Positions 35,610 to 46,357 of a stretch of DNA of 64,000 nt are shown in pieces. The first letter of the stretch is position 1; each line of letters begins with the position of its first letter. The DNA lies in the NCBI GenBank assembly GCA_963776275.1, contig CAVZMI010000012.1, forward strand, positions 9,836-73,835. Direction: 5' to 3'. Source of the stretch: Ignavibacteriota bacterium (GTDB lineage: Bacteria; Bacteroidota; Ignavibacteria; UBA10030; CAVZMI01). A program made the translations under genes and the position numbers. The notes beneath the pieces are model-generated. The model saw only the letters and a list, made by a program, of their open reading frames with translations. It was not told where the DNA came from and made no database searches.

Positions 35610-36407
35610 ATGAATATTCACAGAGCAGATCGTGGAATTTTATTTATCCTTATTTTAATGATAAACTGTGTAGAGTGCGGAGAACAAAAGAGCGTTCATC
35701 CGGTCATTGCATTCATCAGGACTGGAGTATGGTCAATCTATAAGGGGCCGGAAATAGTTGTCTATGATGATGGAATGGTGTTGCTCCAAAAGAATACTCG
35801 ACATTGGCCGATCGAATATTCTTCCTTCACACTCAAGAAGCATGAGATGGATGTTCTTCTGACCTCTTTGAGATTATTCGATACCGAAAGGGTGAAAGAT
35901 ACTCTGTATAATTTAATTGATGCTTATGATCTCGATGAACAATGGTTGGTAGTCTCACTACCATACAAGGTAGCTATCGGGATCTATGGCGATATTCCGG
36001 CATACGACAGTTCTGAAAACCGTGTCAGCATCCCGAAAAATATTCTACATCTGTTTCATTCAATTCTTGCGTTGAAAGGCAGGCAATCCACACAGTGGTC
36101 TGCAGAAGTCTTTGAAGTGTCTGTATATTCACGTACCGGGAAAAGCGAAGGGGAACCGGTCATTGAATGGCCCCGGGATTGGCCGCATCTGAATGATCCG
36201 AGGGTGATGAAGCTGGGAGATTTCGGCTATCGATTCCTTCTACAAGGTGTATCGGCCGATACTTTACAGGCGATGTATCCTGAAATTGGTAAAGCGAAGC
36301 CGGTGAGAATCGACGGTCAACTTTATCATATTAATTATCGGCCCCTGGTACCGGAAGAAGGATCGATCCTTCAAGAAGTGAAACGGGCAAAAATACGTTT
36401 ATGGTGA
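35610..36407 (+). CDS. Hypothetical exported protein
   Basis: 265-aa ORF, RBS-like AGGGG, hydrophobic N-terminus. Confidence 0.65.
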   Translation: MNIHRADRGILFILILMINCVECGEQKSVHPVIAFIRTGVWSIYKGPEIVVYDDGMVLLQKNTRHWPIEYSSFTLKKHEMDVLLTSLRLFDTERVKDTLYNLIDAYDLDEQWLVVSLPYKVAIGIYGDIPAYDSSENRVSIPKNILHLFHSILALKGRQSTQWSAEVFEVSVYSRTGKSEGEPVIEWPRDWPHLNDPRVMKLGDFGYRFLLQGVSADTLQAMYPEIGKAKPVRIDGQLYHINYRPLVPEEGSILQEVKRAKIRLW

Positions 36408-36743
36408 TCGGTTTTTTCCGCTTGCATCCGGATCATCCAAAAAATCTGAGGGGCGGCTTGTAAATTGTGAATTGCGACCTGTCCGCCGATTTATCCGCCG
36501 GAGCGAAGCGAAGGCGGACGAAGGTGGAGTTGTGAATTGTGAATGGTGAGTGTTTATCAAAGCCTATTAAGGGAAAACCGAGCACTACATATTGCATTAT
36601 AATACGCGGTGTTGTTTTATTTTTATACATGACAAAAAGAAAATACCTTAATATGATCAACGGAACAATCATTCTTATGCTATTGTTTTATACTATACAG
36701 AGGATACTTCAATTATCGTAGACATTTCTTGAGGTCAGATACA

Positions 36744-37940
36744 ATGCCTGACTACCAGTATCTTATTGTAGGTGGTGGAATGACGGCAGATGCGGCAATC
36801 CGTGGAATACGGCAAACAGATCGCTCAAATCCAATCGGAATTCTCTCCAATGAAAAGCATCTTCCGTACAAACGCCCTCCTCTTTCAAAAGCGCTCTGGA
36901 AAGAAGAGCCCATAGAAAAAATCTGGCTCAGGACTCCGAAAGAGAATGTGGATATTTTTACGTCAAGGACAGTGACAAAAATCGACCCGAAGAGTCATAC
37001 CGCCGTTGACGATCTGGGATTAATCTATTCATACAAGAAACTTCTCCTGGCGACCGGAGGAACGGTGCGCCGTTTACCATGGAACATCGATGGGATAATC
37101 TATTTCCGGACACTCGATGATTATTACTCGCTGAGAGAACTGGCGGCTGAAAGAAAGGACTTTGCCGTCATCGGTGGAGGATTTATCGGCTCGGAAATAG
37201 CTGCTGCTCTCACAATGAACGATCGATCGGTCACAATGATATTTCCGGAGGAGGGAATAGGATTCCGTCTCTTCCCGCCCGCGCTGTCCCGGTACCTGAA
37301 CACACTCTATGAAACAAAAAACAATAAAGTACTTGCCAGCGACGGCGTCGTTAAAATCGGGAAAGAACATAATAAGTATGTTCTCACGACGACAAGTGGG
37401 AAGATTATCAAAGCCGACGGAGTCGTCGCAGGAATCGGTATCCAACCGAATATCGAACTGGCGCAAGCCGCCGGATTGGCTGTGGGGAATGGAATCATCG
37501 TCAACGAATTTCTGCAGACCAGTCAGCCCGATATTTATGCCGCGGGTGACGTTGCCAATTTCTATAATCCCGCACTGGATAAACATATCCGACTCGAGCA
37601 CGAAGACAACGCAATTATCATGGGCGAATATGCAGGAAGGAATATGGCCGGTGATATCGTCCGGTATCACCATCTTCCGTTTTTTTATTCCGATCTATTT
37701 GAATTGGGGTACGAAGCGGTCGGCGAGCTCGATTCGCGATATGAGATGGTTGAGGATTGGAAAGAACCGTACCGCGAAGGAGTCGTTTATTATCTGAATG
37801 AACAGCGTATCCGCGGAGTGCTCCTGTGGAACACATGGGGACAGGTAGACGCCGCGCGCAGTTTGATAGCCGAAAAAGTGCCCGTTCACCCCGATCAATG
37901 TAATAGGGAGGTTGCCTGCATAAAACAGTCCCCCCTCTGA
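36744..37940 (+). CDS. FAD/NAD(P)-dependent oxidoreductase (ferredoxin reductase-like)
   Basis: GGGMTA, YKRPPLSK, IGGGFIGSE, IYAAGDVA, PFFYSD; the downstream duplicate suggests the true C-terminus is EKGPFTPINVIGRLPA (stop ~37923). Confidence 0.9.
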   Translation: MPDYQYLIVGGGMTADAAIRGIRQTDRSNPIGILSNEKHLPYKRPPLSKALWKEEPIEKIWLRTPKENVDIFTSRTVTKIDPKSHTAVDDLGLIYSYKKLLLATGGTVRRLPWNIDGIIYFRTLDDYYSLRELAAERKDFAVIGGGFIGSEIAAALTMNDRSVTMIFPEEGIGFRLFPPALSRYLNTLYETKNNKVLASDGVVKIGKEHNKYVLTTTSGKIIKADGVVAGIGIQPNIELAQAAGLAVGNGIIVNEFLQTSQPDIYAAGDVANFYNPALDKHIRLEHEDNAIIMGEYAGRNMAGDIVRYHHLPFFYSDLFELGYEAVGELDSRYEMVEDWKEPYREGVVYYLNEQRIRGVLLWNTWGQVDAARSLIAEKVPVHPDQCNREVACIKQSPL

Positions 37941-38049
37941 GGGGGGCTTGACCTGAGTGAGTCCCGACGTTTTGTGTCGGGGCGAGTCGAAGGATGGACG
38001 ACCGAAGGTCGGCTGGGGTGTGTAAGATAGCGCATTACTACCACCTTAC

Positions 38050-38239
38050 TTGCTTTTTACCCGCCCTCTTCTTATACTCTTCGCAGTACCTCTCGAGATG
38101 CGATAAAGATATACGATTGGATATGCTTAACCGGTCATAGTTAAAAGAAATAAAAACGCTACCCCGATTTAAGGGGACTAATTCGTTGTACGGTAAAACT
38201 GTACCGCTACGCGGTATTGCGTTGTTATACGAATTAGCT
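38050..38239 (+). promoter_or_regulatory. Repeated platform copy 1: sigma70 promoter + structured leader + attI-like site
   Basis: TTGCTT 38050-55, N17, TATACT 38073-78; ends GTTGTTATACGA-ATTAGCT. Confidence 0.65.
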
Positions 38240-38300
38240 GCCATTGCCCTTTGAACTTACTTAAAAATAACCGACTAAATATTTCTTAAAAGGTAAGACT

Positions 38301-40109
38301 ATAAAAAGGAACTTAATAATCACTATAGTAATATATTTACTTGTTCTTATACCTTCAAGAGCAAGCGAATCCACTAACATGCTTAATCTGTATGACATTC
38401 GAGGTAGGTTCGTCGGCAGTATTGGTAATCCCAATTCGTTTACCACAATTCAAGCTCTTGTGACGCCGTCTCCTATCAAGGTTATGTACAACAACCAAAT
38501 TCTTAACATTGCCACCGGTTTTTACTATGCAATTCCTTCAAAACTTGATACGATGTCGGTAAAATCATTTTTGAGTAAGGGATTTGGTTTTGAAGACGTA
38601 ACCTCGTCTTTTCTCCCTTCTCAACAGTGGGATGCCGTGGACATTGCGACCTTCAACGTCAATCGTGACGGGAAGGAAGATATCATATTTTCATTGAACA
38701 GAGTCTACTGTGATAGTATTACCGATAAGCGTCCTCGTGTTTGGGTGCAAACCGATCAAGGACAGTTTGTCGACGAAACCGAAATGAGAATTCCCCCGGG
38801 TCGATACGCAGCAGATCAAATTATCCTTTTCGATTGCGACAACGATAGCGATATCGATATCTTCTTGACAGGCTGGGGCTGTAACGATGGATTTCCTTCG
38901 GCCACCCTGCTCATAAACAACGGTGCGGGGGTCTTTACAGATGAATCCATTACTCGACTTCCATCATCTCATTTGATATACTCGGCGGCCGTAGGACAAA
39001 TCGATAACAATATATCACCTGATCTTCTAGTGGTCGATTGGACTCCGACTGAGCCGACAACTCGCCAATTTGCTCATCCATTGGTATGGCTTAATAATGG
39101 GAATGGTGTTTTCACTCTTGACACCCTGGGTAGATTTAAAGAAAGCGACTATGGTTACTTCATTCCCATAATAGTCGACGTTAATAAAGATACACACAAT
39201 GACGTCGCTTTTGCAAATATGAAAGTGTACATTACCCAAAACGACCCTACTCCGAGAGACTCGCTCAGTGGTCAAACTGCTCTTTATATTAACAATGGTG
39301 AAGGGTTCTTCGAAGACGAAACAGCGGAACGTATTCCTTCCGAGCTCACGTCAAGTACACGTAAGTTGGCCAACGCGGATATAGATCGAGACAACGACGA
39401 AGATTTAGTCCAGATTATATACCAATCGAACCCCGAGAGTTCTTATTGCAGACTTCTTTTGAATGATGGTACCGGACACTTTTCAGTTGCACCTAACGCC
39501 TTCGGGGAGAATATCGCCGGCTGGTTCAACGATGTCGTCATTGGTACGTTGAACGACGATCAGTATCCGGATATGTTTTTACCCAGAGTAATACCTGGCC
39601 AGGTTTACTACGATGTTCTTCTGATCAACAATGGAAATGGTTCATTCTCCGATTCCAGCTCTCTTCTTCCATCAGGCGCGGATTTCAGTACTGCCGCTGC
39701 CTTCTTTGATCATGAAAATGACGGCGATGAGGATATAATTATCGCCAATTGTGGTCCTCGCGTTGACACGACAGGTCAAAATGTTTTATACCATAACACA
39801 TTATATACTAGTGTAAGTGTCCATAATGATGAACCGGCGGCCCCAAAAGAATTCCGATTATGGCAGTGTTATCCCAACCCGTTCAATCCAACTACTAATA
39901 TTTCATTTAGTATCCCCCAAAATTCTCTCGTTTCATTAAACATTTTTGATCTTTTGGGAAGCGAAGTTGCAAAATTGATCAACGAAGAAATGTCGACTGG
40001 AAGCTACTCTAAGCAATGGAATGCGGAAGGATTGCCAAGCGGCGTGTATTTTTGTCGATTGCAGGCAGGTTCCTTTGTGGCTTCAAAGAAATTAGTTTTA
40101 TTACGATGA
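38301..40109 (+). CDS. FG-GAP/VCBS-repeat protein with T9SS-type C-terminal domain (cassette)
   Basis: DxDxDxDxD and LxINNGxGxFxD repeats; YPNPFNP...KKLVLLR; in-frame signal peptide begins at ATA 38301. Confidence 0.85.
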   Translation: MKRNLIITIVIYLLVLIPSRASESTNMLNLYDIRGRFVGSIGNPNSFTTIQALVTPSPIKVMYNNQILNIATGFYYAIPSKLDTMSVKSFLSKGFGFEDVTSSFLPSQQWDAVDIATFNVNRDGKEDIIFSLNRVYCDSITDKRPRVWVQTDQGQFVDETEMRIPPGRYAADQIILFDCDNDSDIDIFLTGWGCNDGFPSATLLINNGAGVFTDESITRLPSSHLIYSAAVGQIDNNISPDLLVVDWTPTEPTTRQFAHPLVWLNNGNGVFTLDTLGRFKESDYGYFIPIIVDVNKDTHNDVAFANMKVYITQNDPTPRDSLSGQTALYINNGEGFFEDETAERIPSELTSSTRKLANADIDRDNDEDLVQIIYQSNPESSYCRLLLNDGTGHFSVAPNAFGENIAGWFNDVVIGTLNDDQYPDMFLPRVIPGQVYYDVLLINNGNGSFSDSSSLLPSGADFSTAAAFFDHENDGDEDIIIANCGPRVDTTGQNVLYHNTLYTSVSVHNDEPAAPKEFRLWQCYPNPFNPTTNISFSIPQNSLVSLNIFDLLGSEVAKLINEEMSTGSYSKQWNAEGLPSGVYFCRLQAGSFVASKKLVLLR

Positions 40110-40121
40110 ACGTGCAACTGC

Positions 40122-40224
40122 ACATAATAGATAGCGGGCACTACGACGTGAAGAACACTCAAGCCCGCAGTCATTTACAAAAGTTTTGGTATACGGGACT
40201 GCGTAGTGCCCGCACACGTTAATT
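40122..40224 (+). other. attC-like site
   Basis: ACATAAT..GCGGGCACTACG (40134-45) ... CGTAGTGCCCGC (40202-13) ACAC GTTAATT. Confidence 0.75.
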
Positions 40225-40302
40225 TTAAATTTGCCAGCCCATCGAGTAAACCAGCTATGTCCAAAGTTGTCTAAACGTGTTTGATGCGTAGAAAAGAATG
40301 TT

Positions 40303-42502
40303 TTGAACAGAGGAGGCTTCTTTATCATGAGACCTTGTTTTTGCTTTTTTGTCTCCTTGCTCGTTTCAACCTCCGCCATCTGGGGGCAAAGCCAGTTTAC
40401 CGCGTTTGTCGTGGATAGCACGAGCGGAGAACCGATTGCGGGTGCAAACGTGTTGGTGACTGGCACTAATTTGGGCGCAATGACGGACACAATTGGTAAA
40501 GTGACGATTGCGGGGATTCCAAATGGCCCGCAGAAAATAATTATTTCCTGCGTCGGTTACAAAACTCGTGCGCTCGTGATTGATTTCCCTTTAGCCGAAG
40601 CAACACAAACCATCCAGGTGACGCTGAGCCAGACAAATATTGAGCTTGAAGAAGTGACCGTGACCACCGCGAGGACGAGTTACCATCTTTACGACGCGCC
40701 TGTGCGCATTGAAGTCAAGGGAGAAGAAGACATCGGCGAGACAATGATCGACCATCCTTCAAGCATCTCGGAACTTTTTCTAGAATCAACAGGGATACAG
40801 GTTCTGCAAACGTCGGCGGTATCGAACTATGTCAGCATCAAACTTCAGGGACTTGACGGAAGTTACACTCAAATACTTAAGGACGGTTTTCCACTATACG
40901 GAGGACTTTCAGCTGGATTAAGCGTAACACAAATTCCACCACTTGACCTGAATCGAGTTGAGGTAGTGAAAGGCTCCATCATCCTCACTCTATGGTGGTG
41001 GCGCGATTGCGGGAATCATCAATCTAATCTCGAAGAAGCCAGCCGAAAATGGACAACTCACGTTCCTTCTTAACGGAACCAGCTCGCTCGGAATTGATGC
41101 CGGCGCATTTTACTCGAAACAAGGGGACAATACAGGTTTTACTATGCTTCTTAATGGGAACGTAAACGCTGCATACGATGCTGATCAAACCGGTTTTTCT
41201 GACATTCCAAACAGGAAGCTCTTAACCATCAATCCAAAAATCTTCTATAATCTCAATGACGACACAAAAATTATGTTTGGGCTTTCCACGACCTATGAGA
41301 ATCTAACGGGCGGTGATATGACAGCGCTGAGAGATGGGGCAAGCACTTTTCATCCATACATCGAGAAGAGCAAGTCAAATCGGTCATATACGCAATTGGA
41401 ATTGACCTCCCTCCTGGGTGGTGCTTCGATCAGTTTCAAGAACAGCATCGGCTATTTCTATTTGAGCAGGTCGCTGAAGTCGGACCGTTTTGAAGGAACA
41501 CAGTGGACCAGTTATACTGAATTCTCAGCACAGATGAAATTGGGTAAGCATACTTTGACCGGCGGACTGAATTTGACTACAGAGAGTTTCTCTGATAATC
41601 CGGTGTACAGCGGCGTGGACAGAAGCTTCGGTCGATGAACCGCAGGTCTGTTCGGACAAGACGATTGGCAGATCGCTTTGCCATTCACTTTGGAAACGGG
41701 TTTGAGAGTCGATCGGGAAAATCTCTATGGTTTTCAGTTGGTGCCACGGATTGCGGGAATATACCGTCTCAGCGATGAAGTCGGACTCAGGGCAAGTGCT
41801 GGACTGGGATACAAAGTGCCGACAATCTTCTCCGACCAGTCGGATCCAGACGTAATCTATAAACTCAATCCGGTCGGAAGCAATGTTACAGTAGAGAAAT
41901 CTATAGGTGGGGAGTTTGATTTTACTTACAAGGTCATAGCTTTCGGAGAAATGTCCCTCATTCTCAATCAGGCATTTTTCTACACGCGGGTTAACAATCC
42001 CATCCTGCTGACTGCCGAATCAACACCTGCCAGCTTGTCTCTGGCAAATGCGAATGGATACCTCTTTAGTAGGGGAGCCGAAACGGATATTAAAATCGCT
42101 TACGGTGACTTGGAGGCGTTTATCGGCTACACATTCACGGATGCCCAAAAAAGATTTTCCGAATCACACGGTGAGCTTTTCTTAGCGCCCCCTCATAAAT
42201 TTGTGATGGACGTTTTGGTCGACCTGGAAGAGTTCGGCGAGGGTGGCATCGAACTTCGTTATATTGGTCGCCAGCTTCTTCATGATGGAACGAAGTCGCC
42301 TGAATTTTGGGTGCTTGATATCTTGTTTCAAAAGAAATTCTCGCATTTCACATTTTTTGTTGCAGTCGAAAACCTGTTGAGTTACAAGGAGGCAAACTAT
42401 GCTCCAGTTGTTACAGGCGGCAGCGTGAACCCGCAATTCAACGATGTGTGGGCACCGCTCGAAGGACGTGTCGTGAATGCAGGGTTGAAATTTCAGATGT
42501 GA
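40303..42502 (+). pseudogene. TonB-dependent receptor cassette (frameshift near 40980, in-frame TGA at 41636)
   Basis: CarboxypepD-like N-terminus, IPPLDLNRVEVVKG plug motif, C-terminal WAPLEGRVVNAGLKF. Confidence 0.8.
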
Positions 42503-42779
42503 AACTGAAGCTCAGGGATTGAATAAATAACCAATGGGCCGGCAAACTTCAGCTAACGACACAAACCACGATCCCGATAAAGAACATCGGGACAGGCACT
42601 CGCTTTGTTGAGAAGGAGTATGGTTCGACAAGTGATATTTTAGAAAGATATGTCGGGACATATATGAGGTCAGATATTAACAGATTTAATATTTATGTCA
42701 CATGAGAAATAATATTTTAGCACGAAATTATCGAAGAAGTGCAATAGCACCTTTTTTTATAATACAGGTTTTATTTTTC

Positions 42780-43231
42780 TGGGGACAAGTAGACGCCGCG
42801 CGCAGTCTGATAGCCGAAAAGGGTCCGTTCACCCCGATCAATGTTGTCGGGATGTTACCTGCATAAAACAGTCCCCTCTCTGAGGGGGGCTTGACCTGAG
42901 TGAGTCCCGACGTTTTGTGTCGGGGCGAGTCGAAGGATGGACGACCGAAGGTCGGCCGGGGTGTGTAAGATAGCGCATTACCACCACCTTACTTGCTTTT
43001 TACCCTCGCTCTTCTTAAACTCTTCGCAGTACCTCTCGAGATACGATAAAGATATACGATTGGATATACTTAACCGGTCATAGTTAAAAGAAATAAAAAC
43101 GCTGTTCAGATTTATCGCGACTACTTCGTGGTACGGTGAAACAGTCCCGCTTCGCCGTCCTAAAGGACTGCTACGCTGAGCTCAGCGAGGCGAGACCGTT
43201 TCACGGTATTGCGTTGTTACATGAGTTAGTT
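42780..43231 (+). repeat. Platform copy 2 (duplicate of 37836-38239 including oxidoreductase 3' end)
   Basis: Near-identical to copy 1; TTGCTT 42993, TAAACT 43016; ends ATGA-GTTAGTT 43225. Confidence 0.9.
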
Positions 43232-43265
43232 GCCATGCTTCTGAAGAAAAGGAGGAGTGATTACT

Positions 43266-44150
43266 ATGAACATGAAATTCCACATCCACTGTGCGCTTTT
43301 ATTCTTGCTAGTCATCCCCTGCTATGCTTCTTGTCAACAGAAAGATATGGCAAAAGCGCGCATTGTACTTCAGACAAATTCAATGAACAATGTCATCATC
43401 AAACGGGGCGTTGTATATCGTACCGCTGGAAAAGTTTCACTTTCAATGGACTTATATTACCCAGCGAGTATAGATCGCTCTGCCAACTATCCCCTCGTAG
43501 TCTTTGTATTCGGCTTTCCCGATACCGTTATGTACAAGATGATCGGCACGAAGATGAAGGATATGGGTCAGTATGTTTCTTGGGCGCAACTCATAGCTTC
43601 ATCTGGACTTGCTGCGCTGACATACGAAACACTCGATCCTGCATCAGATATTAAGAACGTCATTCAATATGTTCGAGCCAACGCTTCCGCTTTGCAAATC
43701 GACGCAAGTAGAATCGCACTCTGGTCTTGTTCAGGCAATGTTCCAACGGCGTTGTCTTTCCTGACTAAGCAATCGAATGACTACCTCAGGTGTGTGGTTT
43801 TCTACTATGGGATCACACTGGAACTCCCGGGTTCGACCAAGGTTTCTGAATTAGTAACCAAGCGTGGATCAACATTTCCAGCAATCCTGAACACACCTGA
43901 CACGTTGAGGTGGGATGTCCCGACCTTCTTAGTAAGAGCAGGGCTCGACAACGTCCCATATCTCAATGAGGCGCTCACTCGCTTCATTACTCTCGCGATA
44001 TCCAAGAATGCACCACTGCACCTTCACAATTTGCCTAACGCTCAGCACGGTTTCGATGTCTGGGATAACAACGATAACTCGCGTGACACCATCGAACGTA
44101 CAGTGGAATTTGTTAAGTATTATCTTCTATCACAGAAGCATGGCAACTAA
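43266..44150 (+). CDS. Alpha/beta hydrolase (cassette)
   Basis: MDLYYP, IALWSCSGN nucleophile elbow, HGFD; stop TAA lies in AACTAAC. Confidence 0.8.
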   Translation: MNMKFHIHCALLFLLVIPCYASCQQKDMAKARIVLQTNSMNNVIIKRGVVYRTAGKVSLSMDLYYPASIDRSANYPLVVFVFGFPDTVMYKMIGTKMKDMGQYVSWAQLIASSGLAALTYETLDPASDIKNVIQYVRANASALQIDASRIALWSCSGNVPTALSFLTKQSNDYLRCVVFYYGITLELPGSTKVSELVTKRGSTFPAILNTPDTLRWDVPTFLVRAGLDNVPYLNEALTRFITLAISKNAPLHLHNLPNAQHGFDVWDNNDNSRDTIERTVEFVKYYLLSQKHGN

Positions 44151-44276
44151 CAAGCGTGTTTACGATGCTCACTTTTTATAGAAGTAATATTGTGTTCGCT
44201 CCATCCCGTTTGCCGCAAAATGAATTTGTTTATCATAGCGGTAAACGGGACGGCGTAAACACGCTAAACGCTAGTT
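44145..44276 (+). other. attC-like site
   Basis: AACTAAC, AGCGTGTTTACG (44153-64) / CGTAAACACGCT (44254-65) perfect IR, inner TCCCGTTTGCCGC/GCGGTAAACGGGA, core GCTAGTT. Confidence 0.85.
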
Positions 44277-44438
44277 GCAATTTCCTCATACTCTTTATAA
44301 AAAGAGCACAAATTATGCGTGGGTTATTGTGCTTAATTTATTATGCATTTTTATTTCTTCAATACTGACTGCCCAATGGATCCAAACCAACGGCTCCTAT
44401 GGCGCGATTATTAACTGCCTCGTCGAAAGGAGAGCGCT

Positions 44439-45950
44439 ATGAACGTTCGATCTGTCTGCAGAGTCATTGTGCTGCCTGCTTTACTGCTTTTCTCCAAGTC
44501 GGAGTCATTCGCACAGGACGCGATTGCGCACGCGGGACAACAACTCATCAACCGTATTTACCGAGGTTTTCAACAACCGAGCTACGATGGCTCTTTTGAC
44601 TTCACGATTACTGAAATCGTGCATTGTTTCGAGATAGGCTACCTCAATGTCGCAATTGACTTGAATGGAGATAGCACAATTGACAGCTACTCAATTATGG
44701 GTGGTGGGACTCAAAATGAGTGGATCATCCGGAATATTCCTATTTCAATGACGACCGAGATATTTTCTGAACCGACCATAAGCGTCTGGTTTGATTTCAG
44801 TGACAACATCCCGATTCCCAGTACGGCAGATTACGCAATGATCATTACTGAGCAACCGGTGTCTATCACTATGCCAATACAAATTGAGAAACTTTCAACG
44901 TGGGATCGATCTACAGCGGACATTGTCGGCGCGGACTGGGGAACACTCGACACTATGGGTCAGAATCTGATCGAGTTCGCGCCGGTAACACCGCCCACCA
45001 TTGGTGCTGGTCCAGTCATGTTGGAAAATCCTGGTCCGGGAGATAGCCTCGGTGTTCCCGACATAGCCCAGAAACTGAATGAGTGCGGCCCGACTTCAGC
45101 GGCCAACTCTTTGATTTGGTTGGCAAAAAAAAACAAATTCACCGACAAGCTACCCAAAAAGCAAGACGGTTCCCTGGACACCAACCAGGTGATTCTGGAC
45201 CTGATGAAAGCAATGACAGGATCTAACGCTCGCCCCTTTGGAGGAATACAGGAGAATCAGTTGTTTACAGGGAAGGAACAGTACATTCAGAATAAATCGC
45301 TGCCGTTATCAGTTGAGGGCGGCAAGTTGGACACGAATGCGCGAGGTGCAAAGACCTATGATTTCATGGTGAAGCAGCTCACGAAGGGACAGGATGTCGA
45401 ACTCCTAATTTTGTGGCCTGGTGGTGGTGGACACTGTGTTACTGTGACAGGTTATGCAATTGCTCTTGGAAGGGCATTTGTTTTCGTGCACGACCCAGAC
45501 GACAAGAAAACCGCGAAAGTGGTCTGGGAATTCGCCGTCGATGGTACTGGCAGGGTCACCGGAGACATTACTGCACCAAGGGCGTGCAAAGCGGCGTGGG
45601 CTGTCGCTGAATCGCCTAGTCCTGACGTAGGCATTGAAGCGCTGCCAAGTTTGCCGAAAGGGTTCGCGCTTTATGACAACTATCCGAACCCGTTCAATCC
45701 ATCAACAATAATTTCTTTTGATCTACCGACACGATCATTTATATCGTTGAAGGTATTTGATTTGATAGGAAGAGATGTGGCAACAATTGTCTCTGAAGAA
45801 TTACCGGAAGGCAAATACACACAGCAATGGAATGCGGCAGGATTTCCAAGCGGAGTATATTTTTACCGTTTATCCGCCTATCCTCTGGAAAGTCGAGACA
45901 GGCAGGCAGGTAAATTCACCGAGACGAAGAAACTTATTTTACTCAGATAG
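44439..45950 (+). CDS. Secreted papain-fold (C39-like) cysteine peptidase with T9SS-type CTD (cassette)
   Basis: QKLNECGPTSAAN, GGHCVTVTGY, VHDPD; YPNPFNP CTD; signal peptide. Confidence 0.7.
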   Translation: MNVRSVCRVIVLPALLLFSKSESFAQDAIAHAGQQLINRIYRGFQQPSYDGSFDFTITEIVHCFEIGYLNVAIDLNGDSTIDSYSIMGGGTQNEWIIRNIPISMTTEIFSEPTISVWFDFSDNIPIPSTADYAMIITEQPVSITMPIQIEKLSTWDRSTADIVGADWGTLDTMGQNLIEFAPVTPPTIGAGPVMLENPGPGDSLGVPDIAQKLNECGPTSAANSLIWLAKKNKFTDKLPKKQDGSLDTNQVILDLMKAMTGSNARPFGGIQENQLFTGKEQYIQNKSLPLSVEGGKLDTNARGAKTYDFMVKQLTKGQDVELLILWPGGGGHCVTVTGYAIALGRAFVFVHDPDDKKTAKVVWEFAVDGTGRVTGDITAPRACKAAWAVAESPSPDVGIEALPSLPKGFALYDNYPNPFNPSTIISFDLPTRSFISLKVFDLIGRDVATIVSEELPEGKYTQQWNAAGFPSGVYFYRLSAYPLESRDRQAGKFTETKKLILLR

Positions 45951-45985
45951 GGCAACTGAAACTAACAGTTGTAATTTCGCCAACG

Positions 45986-46302
45986 TTGGAAAGAACCGTA
46001 TCGCGAAGGAATCGTTTATTATCTGAATGATCAGCATGTTTGCGGAGTGCTCCTGTGGAATACATGGGGACAGGTAGACGCCGCGTGCAGTCTGATAGTT
46101 GAAAAATGTCCGTTCAACCCAATCAATGTTGTTGGGAGATTACCTGAAAAAAAAGTCCCCTCTCTTATAGAGAGGGGTGGACGACAGAAGGTCGGCCGGG
46201 GTGTGTAAGATAGCGCATTACACTCCCACCCCCATACTTGCTTTTTACCCCCGCCCTTCTTATACTCTTCGCAGTACCTCTTGAGATGCAATAAAGATAT
46301 AC
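45986..46302 (+). repeat. Platform copy 3 (duplicate of 37757-38115, truncated before attI-like end)
   Basis: Oxidoreductase 3' end plus TTGCTT 46238-N17-TATACT 46261. Confidence 0.9.
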
Positions 46303-46357
46303 AAACAATTGTTTTGAACAATAGATGTTGCTGGGAAAATAATAATAAGGTATTAAA

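Noticed and set aside
38082-38221. Leader as 6S RNA, tRNA, tmRNA or group II intron end
   Set aside because: Multi-hairpin rather than rod-shaped, no cloverleaf or domain V motif recognised; not assignable without an Rfam search.
38038-38244. Recurrent minus-strand peptide ERYCEEYKKRAGKKQV as a small gene or integrase remnant
   Set aside because: It is the antisense reading of the promoter unit; starts and frames are not conserved between copies and there are no tyrosine recombinase motifs.
41636-41638. In-frame TGA as selenocysteine or alternative genetic code
   Set aside because: Many genes here end in TGA; the position fits a TGG to TGA change in a beta-barrel, and the gene has another lesion.
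42600-42780. Possible gene remnant (ILERYVGTY)
   Set aside because: Too short and interrupted to assign.
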